This document shows, piece after piece, positions 51,719 through 56,087 of a DNA stretch of 56,087 bases. Under the pieces are notes generated by a model, which was not told where the DNA came from, did no database searches, and worked only from the letters and a program-made list of their open reading frames with translations. Source of the stretch: Patescibacteria group bacterium (GTDB lineage: Bacteria; Patescibacteriota; Microgenomatia; UBA1400; CG1-02-47-37); NCBI GenBank assembly GCA_038065055.1, contig JBBTRT010000007.1, positions 1-56,087 of the forward strand, given 5' to 3'. Made by a program: the position numbers and the translations under genes. Every line of letters starts with the position of its first letter. Positions within the stretch are counted from its first letter, which is position 1.

Positions 51719-51886
51719 ATGTTTGCTAATCTTGGCACTACCGAACTGATAATCATCGGGGTAGTCATCTTAGTCCTCTTTGGCGCTAAATTTCTTCCCA
51801 AAATGGGTAAAAATTTAGGCGAATCCAAGGTCGAATTTAAAAAAGCCACCAAAGACCTTAAAGAAGCTATTAAAGACAAAGAATAA
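51719..51886 (+). CDS. tatA: TatA/E-family protein, copy 3 (55 aa)
   Basis: MFANLGTTELIIIGVVILVLFGAKFLPKMGKNLGESKVEFKKATKDLKEAIKDKE. Confidence 0.85.
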   Translation: MFANLGTTELIIIGVVILVLFGAKFLPKMGKNLGESKVEFKKATKDLKEAIKDKE

Positions 51887-51892
51887 CTGCCT

Positions 51893-52039
51893 ATGTTTAA
51901 CAATATAGGCTTAGGCGAAATCATCGTTATTGCCCTAGTCCTGATGCTCTTTTTTGGCGGCGACAAACTGCCGGAACTGGCGCGGGGCATCAGAAACGCC
52001 ACCCGCGAATTCCGCAAAGCTCTTAAGGAGAAGAACTAG
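51893..52039 (+). CDS. tatA: TatA/E-family protein, copy 4 (48 aa)
   Basis: MFNNIGLGEIIVIALVLMLFFGGDKLPELARGIRNATREFRKALKEKN. Confidence 0.85.
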   Translation: MFNNIGLGEIIVIALVLMLFFGGDKLPELARGIRNATREFRKALKEKN

Positions 52040-52046
52040 GTCAACC

Positions 52047-54260
52047 ATGCCCTACCTGCTTACCCTCGCCTTTTTCCTCTTCGCTCCTCCTGTCTTAGCC
52101 GCTACTTATCAACAATGTACTACTTCTTCCACTTGCGTTATTGGCGAATTTTTATACGATGATGAATACCAGCCTCAAACCGACGCCATTTGTACTTTAA
52201 CCGCCAAATACCCTGATGGCAGCGATTTTTTAACTGCTTCTGCTTCTGCCGGAAGCAATGCTTGGTACTATTATGATGCCGCCATCGGCACCACTGAAGG
52301 CCTGTATCCGGCTAATCTCTGTTGCAGCTCGGACGCCGACTATTTATGCCTGGATAAATCCTTTGAAGTTAAAGCCGCGGCCGCGGCCGCCGCCGCGACC
52401 AGTTTAACCGCCGCCGACGTCTGGAATTACAGCTCCCGCTCCCTAACCAGTTTTGGCTCTTTAATTACCGACACCTGGAACCACTCCACCCGCAGCCTCA
52501 CTACTTTTGGCGACCTAATTTCTAATATTTGGAACTACTCTTCCGCCACTACCACTGCTCCGGCAGTTATTACCAATCTCGTCCAGGAGCAAACCGAACA
52601 GCGGGTTCTTTTGGAAAAATTGGTCAACACCCCGGTCGTCACCTTATCTCTGGATGAAGGCCAGTCAATCCCCGATTTAAACACTAAGCTTGAACAAAGC
52701 CAAATCCAGGCAAACGCTCTTTACGAATCGGTTCAAAACGGTAAAATTAACAATCCTGAACTGCTGGCTTTAGCCGACGTTTGGAACGCGCCGATCATCA
52801 TCGAACTCAATTTGGCTACCAGTCTTAAAAAGCTGACCCTGCTCGAAAAATTAGTGGGCCGGCCAAATGATGACAGCCAACAGCCAACCCTTTTTGGTTT
52901 TCTGTCTCAAATAAGCGAGAGGAATGAGTCCCTAAAAGCCGAAAACCAAAAATTAGCGGTCCTTTTAGACGGCTGGAACGGCCAAGGAGAATCAGGGCTG
53001 GAAAAAGCCATCAGCGCCAGCCGGAAACAAATTCTGGCTTTAAACGAATATCCTGGCGGCAGCCAACTGTTACAGCCGGCCAAAACCAGCCCCGACCGCA
53101 AACTCACTCTTAAAAATATTGTTTTTAACCTCCAGGCCCTGCTCGGTTTAAACCGTCAAATGCTTGCCGCCGCGCCCGGTGACCCGCTCCGCTCTCTTTG
53201 GCTGGAAGAAGGCAGTGTTATTTTCCGGGCGGCAATTTCTAATCCTTCCACCGTTATTTCTCAGACTGTCCCGTTAAAATTTTACTTGCCCCGGGAAATT
53301 AAAACCAATGACATTATTACCCTTGACCCCTCGCTCACGACTCAATATGACACCACTGAAGAAGCTTTGTATGTTACCGGCTCTTACACTCTCTTGCCAT
53401 TGGAAACAAAACTGGTTTTCATTGAAGTGCAAGACATCTGGCAGCTTTCCGAATCAGAAACTACCACTCTTAGAAAACAGGCAACCGAACTACTTCGCCC
53501 GCTGGAAAAAACCAGTTATTTTTCCCAAGGCACAGTCTTAAAATCCGAAATTGACGTTAATCTGGATAAAATCCTTCTGGCCCAAAATAAAGCCATTACC
53601 CCGGAAAACCGCATCCGCGCCTTCCGCGAAGCCCAGCTGGAACTTAATGGGGTTAATACCAACATCGATCGGCTTCAGGATTTAGTGGCCCAGGCCGCCA
53701 ACACCGGTTCGATTTTTGGTTTTGTCGGCGGCGTCCAAACCGTCGCCGTCTGGGGCATTTTACTGATTGTCATTGCCAGTTTTGTCTTTTTAACTATTTA
53801 TATGCGCCAGTTAAAATTGCCAGCGCCAAAAACCATTGCTGCCCCAAAATTACAGCCTATTTTTTGGTCTAAACCAGCCCTAATTCCCATCATCGTCATC
53901 CTGACTTCACTGGCCACGGTGTTAATCACCCAACTGCTCTTTAAGCCTAAAACCGCCGCTCCTCCCGCCATTCTGCAGGTAGCTGAACCGTCACCCAGCC
54001 CGTCCCTAAAACCCCAGGAAATTAAAATCAAACAGGAAAAACAAGTCTTGGGCGAATCCACTCCCCGCCGCCTGGCTGTTCCGGAAAACAGCAGCGTCAA
54101 TATTAGAAACAAACCCAGCCCTGACGCCCCCATCATTATGACTGTCAAAACCACAGTCGATGTTTTCGTCTTCATCGCCAAAGGCGATTGGTCACGGATC
54201 GATTTTAGCCCGACCGATACCAATCAATCCTGGTGGGTCAGCTCGCAATTTTTAGATTAA
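52047..54260 (+). CDS. 737-aa secreted/anchored protein: signal peptide, Cys-rich domain, tandem repeats, coiled coil, two TM helices, SH3b-like C-terminus
   Basis: MPYLLTLAFFLFAPPVLAA-TY signal. There are 8 Cys in the first approximately 110 aa and 54-nt repeats at 52416-52545. TM helices are VAVWGILLIVIASFVFLTIYM and LIPIIVILTSLATVLITQLLF. The C-terminal segment NIRNKPS..A.II......V.V.....DWSRI..........WWVSSQFL is SH3b-like. The ORF-track TTG start at 51954 overlaps tatA copy 4 and was rejected. Confidence 0.7.
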   Translation: MPYLLTLAFFLFAPPVLAATYQQCTTSSTCVIGEFLYDDEYQPQTDAICTLTAKYPDGSDFLTASASAGSNAWYYYDAAIGTTEGLYPANLCCSSDADYLCLDKSFEVKAAAAAAAATSLTAADVWNYSSRSLTSFGSLITDTWNHSTRSLTTFGDLISNIWNYSSATTTAPAVITNLVQEQTEQRVLLEKLVNTPVVTLSLDEGQSIPDLNTKLEQSQIQANALYESVQNGKINNPELLALADVWNAPIIIELNLATSLKKLTLLEKLVGRPNDDSQQPTLFGFLSQISERNESLKAENQKLAVLLDGWNGQGESGLEKAISASRKQILALNEYPGGSQLLQPAKTSPDRKLTLKNIVFNLQALLGLNRQMLAAAPGDPLRSLWLEEGSVIFRAAISNPSTVISQTVPLKFYLPREIKTNDIITLDPSLTTQYDTTEEALYVTGSYTLLPLETKLVFIEVQDIWQLSESETTTLRKQATELLRPLEKTSYFSQGTVLKSEIDVNLDKILLAQNKAITPENRIRAFREAQLELNGVNTNIDRLQDLVAQAANTGSIFGFVGGVQTVAVWGILLIVIASFVFLTIYMRQLKLPAPKTIAAPKLQPIFWSKPALIPIIVILTSLATVLITQLLFKPKTAAPPAILQVAEPSPSPSLKPQEIKIKQEKQVLGESTPRRLAVPENSSVNIRNKPSPDAPIIMTVKTTVDVFVFIAKGDWSRIDFSPTDTNQSWWVSSQFLD
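52416..52545 (+). repeat. approximately 2.4 copies of a 54-nt (18-aa) in-frame tandem repeat
   Basis: The Trp codons at 52422, 52476 and 52530 are exactly 54 nt apart. Units are DVWNYSSRSLTSFGSLIT, DTWNHSTRSLTTFGDLIS and NIWNYSS. Confidence 0.8.
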
Positions 54261-54690
54261 ATCCCGCGTGCATTAAAATTGCCGCGGCTAAACCTAGCCA
54301 CCAATACTTCTTTCCCCCGGCGTAAAAAACTAAACTGGTTGCTCCGTGCATCGGTACGGTTAATAACAGCCGCCGCCAAACCGCGCTAAAATTTCCCAGC
54401 CAATTAGCATTAACTAAAAACAGCATTGTTTCGCTTAAGCCAAACATTAAACCTAACCCCAATGCTTGCTGCCACTTTTCCGCTCGCCGGACAATAATCG
54501 CTTTCGCTATTTCTTCGACTATTGCCGGTAAAGGTAAAACCAACTCCACCAGCCAAACAATTAATGGTAATACCATCATTTGTAAAAACTCCATAAAACC
54601 ATCATAACAAAAAATTGTTGTTTTTACCAAATATATTACAACCCTATAACGATTACTATATACACTTAATAATTTCTTAAAAAATGCCAA
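54238..54690 (-). CDS. PrsW/CPBP-like intramembrane glutamic protease
   Basis: EEIAK (EExxK), FGLSE (FxxxE) and HAGFN (HxxxN) motifs on TM helices. The start may be the Met at 54594. The 3' end overlaps the convergent gene by 23 nt. Confidence 0.6.
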   Translation of the reverse strand: MAFFKKLLSVYSNRYRVVIYLVKTTIFCYDGFMEFLQMMVLPLIVWLVELVLPLPAIVEEIAKAIIVRRAEKWQQALGLGLMFGLSETMLFLVNANWLGNFSAVWRRLLLTVPMHGATSLVFYAGGKKYWWLGLAAAILMHAGFNLKIAS

Positions 54691-54934
54691 TAATGAGTAC
54701 TATATTAACTCAACAAACCCTTCTTTTTTATCAATGAACACATTTAGTACTCAATATTGACTCTATAAACTTCATTTATTGATGTTTTCACGCTTTTTAT
54801 CTTCAAAACCCTTTAAATATATCGTTTTTACTCTGTAAAATCAGTCGTTTTAACCTTAAAAAACCTATATTATTAAATATAAGGATTTAAAATAATTTAT
54901 TCTCGATAAAATTATAAGTTCTCTTTACCACTTT

Positions 54935-56087
54935 TTACCAGTTGGTAAAAACTTCTGTTCCCTGGCTTACCTCAAACTTGACCATCTCCAATTTCTCCCC
55001 GAATTTTTCCTGATACTTAGTTTTTAATTCTTTCTCAAACTCCTTCATCTTTTCATCTTTCACCAACGCTAAAATTATCGCGCTAAACCCTCCGCCCATA
55101 TTTCTGGCCCCCAAAACCCCATCCAATCTCTGCGCTGCTTCCATTAAATATCTTAGCTCCGGCGTGTTCTCCGCCAAATCATACAAATCCAACGCGCTCT
55201 TGCCAGACTCGGACAATAACCGCCCGAACTTATTCATATCATCCGCCGCCAACGCTTTCACCGCCGCTAACACCCGCTCATTTTCATACACAATGTGTTC
55301 CACCCGTTTCCTAGTCACCAAATCCAATACTCCCTTTTTTCCTTCAAAATCTTTCCCGCTTAATTCTCTCAAACTTTTTATCTTTAATTTACCGCAGGCT
55401 AATTCGCAGCTTTTTTTTCTGGCAGGATAACCGGATTCACCCAAAATCCGCTTAACCGTTTTATCGACCACCACCACCAAAGATACTTTATGTCTGGCTA
55501 AATCCGCTTTAATTAACTTCACTTTTACCGGTTCCTGAAAATCTAAAAAAACCATTTTGTCTTTTTGCGCGAAGGCAATCACTCCCTGATCTAAAAATCC
55601 GCACGGGCTTTGGACTAAATCGCTATTTTCCCCTTTTTTACACCGCCAGGCCATGGCTTCCGACTCAATCTTTTGCCCCGCCAAACTCATCAACCCATAA
55701 GCAATGCATAATTCCAATGCCGCCGAGCTGGACATCCCGCCGCTGGTGGAAAAATTCGTGTCCACCAAAATTTCCGCCCCGCCAATCGGCTCATGCGCTG
55801 TCAACAATTCCCTGGCCACTCCCCGGACATAATTTCCCCATTTCACTGTTTCATCCCGTTCGATTTTATCCAAGCTAAACTCAATCGCCTCGCTTTCAAA
55901 TCCCGCCATGGTCGTCCGCGCGATTATTTTTCTATCTTCCCGCTTTTTAAATAAACCAATTGTGCTTTTGGAAATCGCGCACCCTAAGGCATAACCCAAA
56001 TTATAATCCGTGTGGTTGCCGATTATTTCCGCCCGGCCCGGCGAATTCACTGCTACTTCCGGCTCAGCGCCGTAATATTCTTTAAAT
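54935..56087 (-). CDS. galK: galactokinase; its 5' end runs off the window end
   Basis: SPGRAEIIGNHTDYN (GalK signature) and GGMSSSAALE (GHMP kinase motif). The frame is open upstream to base 56087 (FKEYYGAEPEVAV...). Confidence 0.88.
   Translation of the reverse strand, partial: FKEYYGAEPEVAVNSPGRAEIIGNHTDYNLGYALGCAISKSTIGLFKKREDRKIIARTTMAGFESEAIEFSLDKIERDETVKWGNYVRGVARELLTAHEPIGGAEILVDTNFSTSGGMSSSAALELCIAYGLMSLAGQKIESEAMAWRCKKGENSDLVQSPCGFLDQGVIAFAQKDKMVFLDFQEPVKVKLIKADLARHKVSLVVVVDKTVKRILGESGYPARKKSCELACGKLKIKSLRELSGKDFEGKKGVLDLVTRKRVEHIVYENERVLAAVKALAADDMNKFGRLLSESGKSALDLYDLAENTPELRYLMEAAQRLDGVLGARNMGGGFSAIILALVKDEKMKEFEKELKTKYQEKFGEKLEMVKFEVSQGTEVFTNW

Noticed and set aside
51322-52017. 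Minus-strand ORFs 51322..51504 and 51676..52017 across the tatA region.
   Set aside because: They are antisense to four textbook TatA-family genes and have no motifs. They appear in the track only because the real genes fall below the size cutoff.
51954-52046. An upstream TTG start for the 768-aa ORF. It would add LLRRRTRST before the hydrophobic signal core and so look Tat-like.
   Set aside because: The extension overlaps most of tatA copy 4 in another frame, uses TTG, and RRRTRS does not fit S/T-R-R-x-F-L-K. The ATG at 52047 gives a normal Sec-type signal. It is still worth testing, given the adjacent Tat genes.
54915-54952. The TTTTACCA-GT-TGGTAAAA palindrome spanning the galK stop codon, considered as a terminator.
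   Set aside because: No U-tract follows on the minus strand. The palindrome is largely dictated by the C-terminal codons (VFTNW stop) plus the A/T-rich flank.
1-56087. An alternative genetic code (UGA as sense, as in Gracilibacteria/Absconditabacteria), and CRISPR arrays.
   Set aside because: Long motif-bearing ORFs terminate at TGA under the standard code (for example at 430-432 and 38381-38383). No regularly spaced direct repeats were seen anywhere.

Overview
The window looks like a small-genome, Patescibacteria/CPR-like bacterium. That assignment is an inference from gene content: many hypothetical membrane proteins, excisionase-type HTH proteins, PEGA and CHASE domains, and sparse metabolism. 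The standard genetic code applies; TGA is used as a stop codon.

Core genes recognised by motif:
- tRNA-Trp(CCA).
- A minus-strand block of galU, deoC, a frameshifted phosphohexomutase, nfo, a hydrolase and a glycosyltransferase.
- The conserved secE-nusG-rplK-rplA-rplJ-rplL cluster. It carries an inserted LuxR-like gene and is not followed by rpoBC.
- tagA/wecG-like transferase, aldehyde dehydrogenase, a GT4 glycosyltransferase, mreB, a fused tsaC-tsaE, HIT, tatC, a PrsW-like protease and galK.

About half the window is accessory:
- 16.4-20.1 kb is an island of four nucleotidyltransferase-based toxin-antitoxin modules. Two of them are two-gene cassettes with near-identical ends, and there is one solo end-to-end junction.
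- 34-45.7 kb holds three AAA+/DUF4143 ATPases, two AbiEi/AbiEii pairs, a RhuM gene, an 856-aa fibre-like gene and a 5'-truncated second copy of it. The two fibre copies share a 359-bp, 100 percent identical 3' block.
- 45.7-54.3 kb is a tightly packed 11-gene operon. It joins fibre/tailspike-like proteins that lack signal peptides to tatC, four tandem tatA genes (hand-found, absent from the ORF track) and a Cys-rich anchored protein. I consider this the most interesting candidate system.

Other notable signals:
- A CAAGGT-N3-ACCTTG palindrome family sits inside two coding regions and shows a compensatory substitution.
- Two frameshifts coincide with homopolymer tracts.
- A promoter followed by a terminator-like hairpin precedes rplK.
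- A textbook twin-arginine signal is buried inside an ORF.

No rRNA, CRISPR array, integrase, capsid or terminase gene was seen. All homology calls come from motif recognition by eye; no searches were run.
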